Source: an uncultured Collinsella sp.
Lineage (GTDB): Bacteria > Actinomycetota > Coriobacteriia > Coriobacteriales > Coriobacteriaceae
DNA: 64,000 bases
Reading direction: 5' to 3'
Assembly: GCA_902490565.1 (NCBI GenBank)
Contig: CABUEK010000004.1
Span: 18,156 to 82,155, forward strand
The translations under genes and the position numbers were made by a program. Positions within the stretch are counted from its first letter, which is position 1. Each line of letters opens with the position of its first letter. Shown here piece by piece: positions 16,899 to 26,383 of the stretch. The notes under the pieces were generated by a model. That model ran no database searches, was not told the origin of the DNA, and worked only from the letters and a program-made list of their open reading frames with translations.

Positions 16899-17984
16899 TT
16901 ACAGCGCAAAGGCGTCGACGTCGCCCCAGTGGCGGCGCAGCGTGATGGCGGCAGCGGGCTCGGTATTGTCAAAGATGACCGACCATTGCGTATTGCTGGT
17001 GATGTCTTCCGGATTGGGCTCTTGGGCTGCGGCGCGAAGGGCCTTCCAAGCGACTGCCTCGTCCTGGGCACCGGCGTGGGCGTCAAGGACATCGGCGATT
17101 GCGACGGCGCGCTCTTTACCATGGCCCAGCTCGTCATTCTTTTGGTTGGGCAGCACTTCGTCGCCATAGCAGGCGTAGAAGTTCGTAACCTGGCGTACAG
17201 GAGTCGCCTTGCATGCACGGTCGGGGTCGCGCGGATCCCACTCCACCACCCGCGCGTCACCGGCGGCGTCGTTGATAAAGAAGTGGTAATCGCGTCCTGC
17301 CATGGCGTGCATGTCGTAGGCAGAAAGCAGGTCGACGGCCTCTTGCGTGGTAGCCGCGCGGTCGAGCACCAGACGGATGGCGAGCGAGGTATTGATGACG
17401 GGGCGTTGCGTGTCCTGGTCACAGGGCTTGGAATCCAGGGTGAGTACGGCAATGGACACGCCGCATTCGTTAACACCGTCGAGCTGGGCAAACGGGCCCA
17501 TGAGCGCGGCGGCGCGTCCGGCGACGGAGTCAAGCGGAGTGTTATCGCCCAGGTTGTTAAGGGCGGCAAACCCGATGGAGGCATAGCCGTCGCGTGGGTG
17601 ATTGCGCACCAGCAGCGCCGAGGTGTCGTCCTTAAAGTCGTAATTGCGACCGGTGCGCACGCGGCCTTCGGCATCTACGGCGACAAAAGCGCTGCAGGCA
17701 AACTGGGGCGCCTGGACATGTACCGGCACACCGGGCAGCACCTGCGCCATCACGGCATCGATGTAGGCCTGGTCGTCGCGCACGCCAGCGGCGATGATGC
17801 GATCAAGATCGTAGTCGTAGGCGATGTCGATTGCGTACAGGTCATAGCTATCCGCGTAGCCGGTCAAGCGTTTGAGCGACGCGGCGGACTTGATTTGCTT
17901 GTGATAAACGATACCGGTGGCAGCGGCAAGGCCAACGGCGACTCCCGCGACACCGCAGGCGATGGCAATGTTACGTGGCTTCAT
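16899..17984 (-). CDS. membrane-anchored Ntn-hydrolase family protein (C45 / choloylglycine-hydrolase-like linear amide hydrolase)
   Basis: N-terminal TM anchor, then FACSAFVAVD candidate nucleophile Cys and RNYDF motif. Confidence 0.55.
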   Translation of the reverse strand: MKPRNIAIACGVAGVAVGLAAATGIVYHKQIKSAASLKRLTGYADSYDLYAIDIAYDYDLDRIIAAGVRDDQAYIDAVMAQVLPGVPVHVQAPQFACSAFVAVDAEGRVRTGRNYDFKDDTSALLVRNHPRDGYASIGFAALNNLGDNTPLDSVAGRAAALMGPFAQLDGVNECGVSIAVLTLDSKPCDQDTQRPVINTSLAIRLVLDRAATTQEAVDLLSAYDMHAMAGRDYHFFINDAAGDARVVEWDPRDPDRACKATPVRQVTNFYACYGDEVLPNQKNDELGHGKERAVAIADVLDAHAGAQDEAVAWKALRAAAQEPNPEDITSNTQWSVIFDNTEPAAAITLRRHWGDVDAFAL

Positions 17985-18145
17985 GACGGCTCCTCTCGTC
18001 CTGTTAGCGTAATTGTCGCAAAAGGTGCACGGGCATGATGGCTCAACTTGGCGAGCGGCGCAGGATTAAACATGGAATGAAGAGCGCGGCGCTGGCGCGG
18101 CGGGGTATGCTGGAGGGGACCATCAACCCAGCGAAAGGGGAGAGC

Positions 18146-19531
18146 ATGACGGATCAGGAAACGCCCGAGCGCGCGCACGTGACGGCCGACGATATCGAGG
18201 CCGCCAACGACCTTATCGACTTTATCGAGGCATGCCCCAGCATGTTCCATACGGCGGCGACCATTATGGCCGAGCTCGACGAGGCGGGTTTTACCTACCT
18301 GCCCGAGAACGCGGCGTGGGATATCGAGCCGGGTGGTCGCTACTATACTCAGCGCAACACCTCGAGCGTTATTGCCTTTAAGGTGGGCGAGGACCTGGCC
18401 GCGACGTGGGGCGAGGACGGCGTTGCCGGCGACTATCATTTTCAGCTCACGGCGTCGCACAGCGATTCGCCGACGTTTAAGGTCAAGGCCGTGCCCGAGC
18501 TCGACGGCGCGGGCGAGACGCTGCGCCTGAACACCGAGGCCTACGGCGGCATGATCGACTACACCTGGTTCGACCGTCCGTTGGCACTCGCGGGCCGCGT
18601 GCTGGTACGCGAGGGCGACCGTATCGAGAGTCGTTTGCTCGCTACCGAGCGCGAAGTCGCCATCATCCCGAGCCTTGCCATCCACATGAACCGTGGCGTT
18701 AACGAGAGCTTTGCTCCCAACCGAGCCGTTGACCTGTGCCCGCTCATCAGCGCTGGCGACCTTAAGCAGGGCGACTTTGACGCCCTGATCGCCGACGAGC
18801 TGGATGTTGAGCCCGAGCAAATTCTGGGCCGCGATCTGTTCCTGGTCAACCGCCAGGATGCGCGCATTTGGGGCTGGGCCGACGAGTTTATCTCGACGCC
18901 CAAGCTCGACGACCTGGCCTGCGCCTACACCTCGCTGCAGGCATTTTTGGGTGCTGAGAACGCGCACGATGTTTCGGTCTTTTGCTGCTTTGATAACGAG
19001 GAGGTTGGCTCCGAGACCAAACAGGGCGCCATGTCGACGTTCTTGGCCGACGCGCTGCGCCGCATTAACGGATCGTTGGGCTTTGACGACGAGTCGTACC
19101 ATCGCGCCCTTGCCGCCTCGATGCTCGTAAGCTGCGACAATGCACATGCCGTGCACCCCAACCACGCCGAGAAGTGCGATGCCCGCAATCAGGTGGTGCT
19201 TAACGGCGGCATCGTCATCAAGGAAGCCGCCAACCAGCACTACTGCACCGATGCCTTTAGCCGCGCGGTGTTCCAGGCCATCTGCGATGACGCCGACGTG
19301 CCCACGCAGGCCTTCGCCAACAAGAGCGATATGGCCGGCGGCTCCACGCTCGGCAATCTGTCTAATATGCAGGCGAGCATGCACGCCGTGGACGTGGGCC
19401 TGCCGCAGCTGGCCATGCACTCGAGCTACGAGACCGGCGGCGTGCGCGACGTGATGTACGCCATCCGCGCCCTCACCGCCTTCTACGAGCGAAACCTAAC
19501 CATCAACGGCGCCGAAAGCGTGGAGCTGTAA
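18146..19531 (+). CDS. M18 family aminopeptidase
   Basis: DLIDFIEACPSMFH N-terminus, FDNEEVGS and SMHS-type metal ligand regions. AGGGGAG RBS before ATG 18146. Confidence 0.8.
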   Translation: MTDQETPERAHVTADDIEAANDLIDFIEACPSMFHTAATIMAELDEAGFTYLPENAAWDIEPGGRYYTQRNTSSVIAFKVGEDLAATWGEDGVAGDYHFQLTASHSDSPTFKVKAVPELDGAGETLRLNTEAYGGMIDYTWFDRPLALAGRVLVREGDRIESRLLATEREVAIIPSLAIHMNRGVNESFAPNRAVDLCPLISAGDLKQGDFDALIADELDVEPEQILGRDLFLVNRQDARIWGWADEFISTPKLDDLACAYTSLQAFLGAENAHDVSVFCCFDNEEVGSETKQGAMSTFLADALRRINGSLGFDDESYHRALAASMLVSCDNAHAVHPNHAEKCDARNQVVLNGGIVIKEAANQHYCTDAFSRAVFQAICDDADVPTQAFANKSDMAGGSTLGNLSNMQASMHAVDVGLPQLAMHSSYETGGVRDVMYAIRALTAFYERNLTINGAESVEL

Positions 19532-19714
19532 ATGCGAGCCGAAGAAATGAAGGCCGAGCATGGGGCTCAGCTTATTGATCGGGGTTTACAGCTGTTCGTC
19601 GCCGCTTGCCATGAGTCAGGGGTCGACGTGTCCAAGGCGCGACCAACGAGTGCTGAAGAACTCAAGCGTAACGCCTATTCGGACCGCTATGACGAGGAGA
19701 CGGATTGGCTCTAA
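19532..19714 (+). CDS. hypothetical small protein (60 aa), uncertain
   Basis: ATG abuts the aminopeptidase stop (TAAATG). No recognisable motif. Confidence 0.25.
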   Translation: MRAEEMKAEHGAQLIDRGLQLFVAACHESGVDVSKARPTSAEELKRNAYSDRYDEETDWL

Positions 19715-19811
19715 TAAGCGAAGTGTCGAAAACGCTAGATGTATGTTTGATATCACTTTGGCGAGAGTGTCGCAGACAGAACTACCGGTATGGCGCAAGC
19801 CAACCTGACCC

Positions 19812-19877
19812 CATTGCACCAAACCTACCAAAAAGGAACAGGTTCATTTTGGCAGGCTTTATCTGGGCAAATGCCGC
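19812..19877 (+). repeat. GGGAC(A/G)GG-loop element, C-type copy 2
   Basis: CCTACCAAAAAGGAACAGGTTCATTTTGGCAGGCTTTATCTGGGCAAAT. Confidence 0.65.
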
Positions 19878-19964
19878 AATGCCAACAGCTGGACGGAATT
19901 GTTAAGACACCGCGGGTTGAGCAAACGTCAGCGAGCGACGTCCAGAACGAACAAGTTGGCATGA

Positions 19965-20005
19965 AAAAGGCGAGGCATTGACCTTCTGGTCATGCCTCGC
20001 CTTTT
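19965..20005. terminator. bidirectional rho-independent terminator
   Basis: 14-bp stem AAAAGGCGAGGCAT / ATGCCTCGCCTTTT with A/T runs on both sides, between convergent genes. Confidence 0.75.
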
Positions 20006-20075
20006 GAATGACAAATTGTCGCTCTGGGCGGCGCGCAGCGTCGACCGGTCCGCCGTTCGTTAGAACGGCGGAACC

Positions 20076-21011
20076 CTAATGTTCGATCCAGCAACGCAGG
20101 GTCTCGCCGGCTTGCAGGTGACGCAGATTCTCCGCGGCGATGTCGACGACGTTGTTGAGCGTTGCTGCCAGGTGGAACCAACCGGAGACGTGCGGCGTGA
20201 TGAGCATGTTAGGCGCATCCCACAGTGGGCTTGTCTCAGGCAGCGGCTCGGGGTCGGTGACGTCGACCGCGGCGCCGGCGAGATGACCCGACTCCAGGGC
20301 GGCAACCAAGTCGTCGGCGACCACAAGGTCGCCGCGGCCGCCGTTGGCAAAGAAGGCGCCCGGTTTCATCGCAGCGAAGAACTCGGCGTTCGCCAAGCCG
20401 CGGGTCTCGGGCGTGCTGGGCATAAAGGATGCGACGATGTCAGCCTCGGCCAGACGCTCGGGCAGGGCGTCCATGCTGTCCATGTCCTCAAACACAATGG
20501 GGTAGACGAGCGGATGGCGCTTGATGCCGCGGACGTGCGCACCCATGTTGCGGCAGAGCGTGGCGAAGTGGCCACCGATATCGCCCGCGCCCAGCACCAG
20601 CACATTGGCGTTTTTGAGCGAGGTGACCGGCCCCAAATCCTCCCAGCGATGCTCGCGCTGCAGGTCCTGGTAGCCGGGCAGGCGCTTCATCATAGACAGC
20701 ACCATGGCAAACATGTGCTCGCTCACGGCCTGGCCGTAGGCGCCGATTGAGCAAGACAGCTTGGCTTCAGCCGGCACGGTGCCGGCGGCGAGATAGTCGT
20801 CATAGCCGGCGGTCTGCAGTTGCAGCAGCTGGAGGCGCTCGCATGCGGTCAGCAGGGAAGGGTCTATGTTGCCCAGGATCACGTCGGCATTGGCGACCTG
20901 TTCACGCGTGATGGCGTCGGAGCTCGTGTAGATAAAGTCCTCGCCCGGAGCGCTCGACTCAAGAATTGCGCGATGGCGGTCGTTGACGGGCAGCAAAACC
21001 AGGATGTTCAC
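20076..21011 (-). CDS. D-isomer-specific 2-hydroxyacid dehydrogenase family protein
   Basis: VLGAGDIGGHFA NAD-binding GxGxxG and ITPHVSG catalytic region. GTG start 21011 with a GGAAAGGA RBS; the upstream extension runs through repeat C3. Confidence 0.85.
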   Translation of the reverse strand: MNILVLLPVNDRHRAILESSAPGEDFIYTSSDAITREQVANADVILGNIDPSLLTACERLQLLQLQTAGYDDYLAAGTVPAEAKLSCSIGAYGQAVSEHMFAMVLSMMKRLPGYQDLQREHRWEDLGPVTSLKNANVLVLGAGDIGGHFATLCRNMGAHVRGIKRHPLVYPIVFEDMDSMDALPERLAEADIVASFMPSTPETRGLANAEFFAAMKPGAFFANGGRGDLVVADDLVAALESGHLAGAAVDVTDPEPLPETSPLWDAPNMLITPHVSGWFHLAATLNNVVDIAAENLRHLQAGETLRCWIEH

Positions 21012-21023
21012 AAGCAGTCCTTT

Positions 21024-21082
21024 CCGCTCGACCTGCCAAAAAGGGACAGGTTTATTTTGGCAGGTTGTATCAGGCAAAACGT
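21024..21082 (+). repeat. GGGAC(A/G)GG-loop element, C-type copy 3
   Basis: CCTGCCAAAAAGGGACAGGTTTATTTTGGCAGGTTGTATCAGGCAAAAC with a 10-bp stem CCTGCCAAAA/TTTTGGCAGG. Confidence 0.7.
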
Positions 21083-21085
21083 TAT

Positions 21086-21135
21086 AAAAACGCCGGGCTA
21101 CGCGATGGTTAACATATCCATCGCGTAGCCCGGCG
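21086..21135 (-). terminator. rho-independent terminator of map
   Basis: 18-bp perfect stem CGCCGGGCTACGCGATGG / CCATCGCGTAGCCCGGCG followed by a T5 run on the minus strand. Confidence 0.75.
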
Positions 21136-21144
21136 CATCCACAG

Positions 21145-22032
21145 CTACCAGCTCAGCAGCTCGTAGCCATCCTCGGTCACCACGAGCTGTACCTCGCACT
21201 GGGCCGAATCGCTGCCGTCCTTGGTGCGCACGCACCAGCCGTCACCCTTGCTGATCTTGATGTCGGGCGCTCCGGCGTTGACCATGGGCTCGATGGTAAA
21301 GACCATGCCCGGAGCCATGATGGTGTCCACATCGGGCGCCTCGGTGGTAAAGCCCACAAACGGGTCCTCGTGGAACTCCTTACCGATACCGTGTCCGCCG
21401 TACTCGCGCACCACGCTAAAGCCGGCGTCCTCGACCGTCTTTTGCACGGCCTCGGCCATCACGGACAGCGGTAGCCATGGCTTGACGGCCGCCAGACCCG
21501 CCTCCACGCTGGCGCGGGTGACGTCGACCAGGCGCTGGCGCTCGGCCGAGACCTCGCCGATGCAGAACATACGGCTCGAATCACTAAAGTAACCGTCCAG
21601 GATCGTGGAGCAGTCCACGTTGATGATGTCGCCCTCGTGCAGCACATCCGCATCGCAGGGGATACCGTGGCAGACGACGTCGTTGATCGAGGTGCACACG
21701 CTCTTGGGATAGCCCTCGTAGTTAAGATCGGCCGGCGTGCCGCCGTGCTCGACGGTGTAGTCGTAGATCATCTGGTCGATCTGGTTGGTGGTCATGCCCG
21801 CGGCGATGTGTTCGCCTACGTAATCGAGCACACCCACGTTGATGGCGGCCGAGCGCTTGATGCCCTCGATATCGGCGGGCGTCTTGTAGAGCGTGCGGGG
21901 CAGAACCTCCCAGCCCTCTTCCCACAAGCGCTCGAGGCGCTCATCAAAGGCGCTATGGCATTTCTTATATTTTTTGCCGCTGCCGCACCAGCAGACGTCG
22001 TTGCGGCCGGGCACGGGTCCATTGTCAAACAT
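21145..22032 (-). CDS. map: type I methionine aminopeptidase with N-terminal SEC-C zinc motif
   Basis: CWCGSGKKYKKCH SEC-C motif followed by a pita-bread fold with HGIP, DCS and GHGIG motifs. Confidence 0.9.
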   Translation of the reverse strand: MFDNGPVPGRNDVCWCGSGKKYKKCHSAFDERLERLWEEGWEVLPRTLYKTPADIEGIKRSAAINVGVLDYVGEHIAAGMTTNQIDQMIYDYTVEHGGTPADLNYEGYPKSVCTSINDVVCHGIPCDADVLHEGDIINVDCSTILDGYFSDSSRMFCIGEVSAERQRLVDVTRASVEAGLAAVKPWLPLSVMAEAVQKTVEDAGFSVVREYGGHGIGKEFHEDPFVGFTTEAPDVDTIMAPGMVFTIEPMVNAGAPDIKISKGDGWCVRTKDGSDSAQCEVQLVVTEDGYELLSW

Positions 22033-22087
22033 GGCTAACTTCCTTTCATTCGCAGCTAGTATAGCCCACTCACAGGGCAGCTGCGCG

Positions 22088-22870
22088 CTAGTAGCTCACC
22101 TGGCAGGGAATGCCGAGGGCGCGCACGCGCGCGGCGATGGCGTCGAGGGCCTCGGGCGCTGCTTTGGCAAGGCCGGCGACCGGCGTCTCGCGAGCCACCG
22201 TGTAGATGGTCGCTTCTTGTGGGCGAATGCGCTCAAGTGCCGCGAGCCAGGGGGCAACGTACTCCTCGCCGGTGTTGTCGATGGGCTTGCCCAGATACTC
22301 ACCGGTCAAAAAGATCGTCTGGATAATAACGTGACCGTCAAAGCTTGCGAACGTCTCAATCTGGTGCTCGACGTCGTAGGGGCCAACAGGCTGGTCGAGC
22401 AGCTGGATAAATGCCGGATCGACCGTATCGAGCTTGAGGATGTTGTCGTCGACCATCATGAGCGCATCGTGCACCTCGGGGCGGTCGGCGCGCGTACCGT
22501 TGGAGAGCACGGCGATTTTGGAGTTTGGGGCCAGCTGATCGCGCAGCGCGACGGCGCCGGCAATCGCCTGGGGAAACTCCGGTGCGGCGGTGGGCTCGCC
22601 GTTGCCTGCGAAGGTAATCACATCGGGGAGCTCGCCCTCGGCTGCCATCTCGCGCAGCTTTGCCTCGAGCGCGTCGAGTACCACGGCGGCTGTGTTGTAC
22701 GGCTCATGGCAGGGGCGCTCGGCGTTGAGGCCGTTTTCGCAGTAAATGCAGTCGAACGTGCAGATTTTGCCGCTGGCCGGCATCATGTTGACGCCGAGCG
22801 AGAGACCAAGGCGACGGCTGCGAACGGGCCCAAAGATGGGGCTGGCATTCAAAAACGTAGACATAGACAT
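22088..22870 (-). CDS. radical SAM domain protein
   Basis: CTFDCIYC CxxxCxxC cluster near the N-terminus. GAGGAG RBS before ATG 22870; the longer ORF in the track was rejected. Confidence 0.75.
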   Translation of the reverse strand: MSMSTFLNASPIFGPVRSRRLGLSLGVNMMPASGKICTFDCIYCENGLNAERPCHEPYNTAAVVLDALEAKLREMAAEGELPDVITFAGNGEPTAAPEFPQAIAGAVALRDQLAPNSKIAVLSNGTRADRPEVHDALMMVDDNILKLDTVDPAFIQLLDQPVGPYDVEHQIETFASFDGHVIIQTIFLTGEYLGKPIDNTGEEYVAPWLAALERIRPQEATIYTVARETPVAGLAKAAPEALDAIAARVRALGIPCQVSY

Positions 22871-23089
22871 ATGCTCCTCAAGACAATTGTGCCTAAGCAT
22901 AGCATCGGCTCCAAAGCAAGGTGCGGGCTCTTGCTTTACAAGTTTCGTTTTTTCACGTCGCTCATTATGCCGTGCCATGAAAAGCCTCGGGTCGGGTACA
23001 GTTAATCTGTTAACAAGGCGTAAGGCAATGCGGGTCCATCCAACCGCACTGACGTGCAACTGGATGAGCATTGATGATGGGGGCACAAC

Positions 23090-23887
23090 ATGGATTTTAC
23101 GGTCGAGAATGCGGGCACCACGATTGCCTGTCGCGAATATGCCGGCCCGGATGTGTCGCCTGATACTCCTGCCTTGGTGTGCGTGCACGGCGCTTGTGTC
23201 GACGGCACATTTTTTGACGGTATCGCTTGTGAGCTCAGTCGCAACTACCGCGTAATTGCTTACGACCGCCGCGGCTGCGGTGACAGCAGCGATGCGGCAG
23301 ACGACAGCTATGATCTTGCCGCTCAGGCCGCCGACCTGCAAGCCGTGATCGAACACGTTGGCGCTCCGGCAAATGTGCTTGCGCATAGCGCCGGTACGTT
23401 GGTGGCGCTGGAGCTTCTTCGCACCGAACCCCATCTCGTCGCCCGTGCGATTCTGCATGAGCCGGCTGTGTCGGCCGAAGGCGTCGGTATGGGCGCAGCT
23501 CCGGTTTTGCTCGATATGATTGCGGCTGGAAAGGTATCAAGGGCGCTCCGGCTTTTCTTGGGAGCCCTCGGCGACTTGGACCCCGAGGCTCCTGGGACGA
23601 CCGAAGCGGAAGTCAAACATGCCCTGCGCAATGGTCGTTGCTTTATGGCGAACGAATATGGAACAAATATGACTTACGTTCCCAATTGGGATAGTGTCTG
23701 CGCATCGAAGTCCGTTGCTGCTGTGCTTCTCGGCGAGCTTTCGGTCGATACACCCCGCGAGGCTGGCACGCGAGCGGCTGCCGAATATCTCGATTGCCCC
23801 CTTGTGACGATTCCGGGCGCGCATAACGGTCTGCGCGATCGCCCCGTTACGGCGGCAAACGCCGTTCGTGATGTCTTGGAGCGTTAG
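23090..23887 (+). CDS. alpha/beta hydrolase
   Basis: LVCVHGA oxyanion region and AHSAG nucleophile elbow. Confidence 0.75.
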   Translation: MDFTVENAGTTIACREYAGPDVSPDTPALVCVHGACVDGTFFDGIACELSRNYRVIAYDRRGCGDSSDAADDSYDLAAQAADLQAVIEHVGAPANVLAHSAGTLVALELLRTEPHLVARAILHEPAVSAEGVGMGAAPVLLDMIAAGKVSRALRLFLGALGDLDPEAPGTTEAEVKHALRNGRCFMANEYGTNMTYVPNWDSVCASKSVAAVLLGELSVDTPREAGTRAAAEYLDCPLVTIPGAHNGLRDRPVTAANAVRDVLER

Positions 23888-24098
23888 CACGCTCGATGAC
23901 CTGCGGGGAGAGGGGCTGTTAGCGTTTCGTCATTGTTAACGAATGCGCCCATAACCGCGCGCCTGCGGCTCCATTACCGCCGTTTGCCAGGTCATAAAAA
24001 TGCAACGATAATCGCGCGTTTGCCTTCAGCTGTTAGATGCTACCCTTGTACCAATTGATATGCACCGTTGCCGTGCGTAACGATAGAAAGGGCCCCAT

Positions 24099-25979
24099 AT
24101 GCTCAATAATCACGAGGTCAATCTAACCGACGAGGAGGCTGCCGCCGAGGTCGCCCGCGTCGCGAAGACCTACCCCGTGGTGCGTTTGCTGTCGGCCGAT
24201 CAGATTAAGAGCGAGCCTAACTGCCTGCTCGCCGGCAATCGCTGCCCTTGTCTGCGTCAGTCGAGTCTTGAGGCCTTGGCAGATTCGGGTGAGGTATCGG
24301 AGCAGCTGCTCAATGATGGTACCGAGTACCGCGCTCGCCTGCGCCCTCTGAAGGTTGAGGGCGAGCCTCACGTCCTGCTGATGGTGCGTCCGATCGATGA
24401 GCAAGAGGCTGCAGAAGAGGACCTCGTCTACACCGATGTGCTGACGAGTGTGCGCAATCGCCGATATTACGAGGAAAAGCTCCGTAGCGCCCGCATGAAT
24501 GCCGGCGTTGCGGTGATCGACCTTGATGATTTTAGGGTCTTCAACGATACGTGTGGCCGTCATGCCGGCGACCTTGCGCTCGGTGCTGTGGCGACGGCCA
24601 TACGCAGCGGAATTCGTTCGACTGACGAGCTTGTACGCTATGGCTGCGACAAGTTTGTGGTCGTCATGCCCAATATTCCCTCCGATGACTTCACCCGTCG
24701 CCTGCACCAGGTGTCCGATGCCGTTCATGCCACGATTGTTCCGGGCTATGAGTACGTGAGCTTGACGGCATGTGTTGGCGGTGTTCGCATTCATGGCGAG
24801 ACGGTCGATGAAGGAGTTGGCCGCGCTGTCCAGTTATTGAGCCGCGCTAAGGCAAAAGCCGGTACGGTCGTGACCGATGCCGATTCCATCGAAGCCTTCC
24901 AAAGCGAAAAGCCTTTGGTGCTTATTGTCGATGACTCCGAGATGAACCGAGCCATTCTCAACGAGATGCTCAAGGACGAGTATTGCATCCTCGAGGCCGA
25001 CAACGGTCGTACGGCGCTCGACATGGTCGACCGCTATGGCGATGAGTTGTCGCTCGTGCTGCTGGATATTGTCATGCCGGGCATAAGCGGCTTTGAGGTG
25101 CTGGCCGATCTGTCGCGCCGATCGGATATCGACAATCTGCCTTTCATCATGATTTCGAGCGAAGATTCCGATGATATGGTTCTGCGCGCGTACGAGCTGG
25201 GCGCCTCGGACTATATCAACCGCCCGTTTGATTCCCGTGTCGTGCGTCGCCGTGTAAGCAACACCATCCGCCTATACGCCAAACAGCGCCGCCTGACGAG
25301 TTTGCTGTCCCAGCAGTACAACGAGCGCGTCAAGAACAGTCGCATGCTCATCGACATCATGGCCGGCGTCATGGAGCTTCGCAACGGCGAGAGCGGCAGG
25401 CACGTTACGAACATCGAAAAGCTGACCGAGCTGCTGCTTGACTGTCTGGTCCAGCGTAGCGACAGTATCTCCCTCGACAATGAGGAACGCTCCACGATTG
25501 CCCTGGCTTCGGCGCTGCACGATATCGGCAAGATGGCGATTGACGATGCGATTCTCAACAAGCCCGGACGCCTTACGCCCGAGGAGTTCGAGATTATGAA
25601 GACGCATACCACGATCGGCGCCGACATGTTGCTTGAGCTGGGCCGCCATCATGTCGGCAATGCGCTTATGGAATATGCGTACCAGATTGCGCGTTGGCAT
25701 CACGAGCGCTGGGACGGCAAGGGCTATCCCGATGGCCTTAAGGGCGACGAGATTCCCATTGCCGCGCAGGTGGTCTCGGTGGCCGACGTGTATGATGCGC
25801 TGACGAGCGTGCGCGTGTACAAGGACGCTATCCCGCACAAGGAGGCGATCCAGATGATCCTGGACGGTAAGTGCGGCACCTTTAACCCACTGTTGCTCGA
25901 CTGCCTGCTCGAGGTGCAAGACCGTATTGCCGAGACGTTGGCACGCCCCGCCGACGTTGTCGCGTTTCCCACGATTTAG
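24099..25979 (+). CDS. signalling protein: N-terminal unknown domain, degenerate GGDEF (GCDKF with retained RxxD I-site), REC receiver, HD-GYP phosphodiesterase
   Basis: RSTDELVRYGCDKF; LVLIVDDSEMNR...LLDIVMPGISG; ALHDIGKM...HHERWDGKGYPDGL. Confidence 0.85.
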   Translation: MLNNHEVNLTDEEAAAEVARVAKTYPVVRLLSADQIKSEPNCLLAGNRCPCLRQSSLEALADSGEVSEQLLNDGTEYRARLRPLKVEGEPHVLLMVRPIDEQEAAEEDLVYTDVLTSVRNRRYYEEKLRSARMNAGVAVIDLDDFRVFNDTCGRHAGDLALGAVATAIRSGIRSTDELVRYGCDKFVVVMPNIPSDDFTRRLHQVSDAVHATIVPGYEYVSLTACVGGVRIHGETVDEGVGRAVQLLSRAKAKAGTVVTDADSIEAFQSEKPLVLIVDDSEMNRAILNEMLKDEYCILEADNGRTALDMVDRYGDELSLVLLDIVMPGISGFEVLADLSRRSDIDNLPFIMISSEDSDDMVLRAYELGASDYINRPFDSRVVRRRVSNTIRLYAKQRRLTSLLSQQYNERVKNSRMLIDIMAGVMELRNGESGRHVTNIEKLTELLLDCLVQRSDSISLDNEERSTIALASALHDIGKMAIDDAILNKPGRLTPEEFEIMKTHTTIGADMLLELGRHHVGNALMEYAYQIARWHHERWDGKGYPDGLKGDEIPIAAQVVSVADVYDALTSVRVYKDAIPHKEAIQMILDGKCGTFNPLLLDCLLEVQDRIAETLARPADVVAFPTI

Positions 25980-26002
25980 TTTGACCAAAGGAGTTTTAAT
26001 CC

Positions 26003-26359
26003 ATGATTTCCATGCGTGAGGCGTATGAGAAGATCGGCGCTAATTATGATGACGCGTGCGCTCGGCTGATGGGCGAGGAAATGCTTGCCCGCTTTGCCCT
26101 CAAGTTTTTGGATGACGAGAGCATGGACAAGCTGGAGGCCGCCATGGCGGCAGGAGACGCCGAAGGTGCGTTTATGGCAGCGCACACGCTCAAGGGCGTG
26201 AGCCAGAATCTGGGATTCGATAATCTGTACGAGCCGGCGGTTGTGGTGACCGAAGCACTGCGCGGCGCCGATGCCGTTGACGGCGCTCGCGAGGGAATGC
26301 ATGCGTTGCAGCAGCAATATGCGGCTACGATGTCGGCCCTGCGCGAAGCGGCTGAATAA
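26003..26359 (+). CDS. Hpt (histidine phosphotransfer) domain protein
   Basis: AAHTLKGVSQNLGF phospho-His motif in a roughly 118-aa helical protein. Confidence 0.75.
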   Translation: MISMREAYEKIGANYDDACARLMGEEMLARFALKFLDDESMDKLEAAMAAGDAEGAFMAAHTLKGVSQNLGFDNLYEPAVVVTEALRGADAVDGAREGMHALQQQYAATMSALREAAE

Positions 26360-26383
26360 GAGCTTGCGAGCCTTGATGACTAT

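Noticed and set aside
19826-19874. Sigma-54 promoter reading of TTGGCAGG in the C-type elements.
   Set aside because: A TGGCA-like -24 box is present, but no TTGC -12 box sits at the required 4-5 nt spacing in any of the three copies.
22871-23458. 5' extension of the radical SAM ORF to 456 aa.
   Set aside because: The extension has no radical SAM or other motif and overlaps the divergent alpha/beta hydrolase gene start. A GAGGAG RBS precedes the internal ATG at 22870, which places the CxxxCxxC cluster at the usual N-terminal distance.
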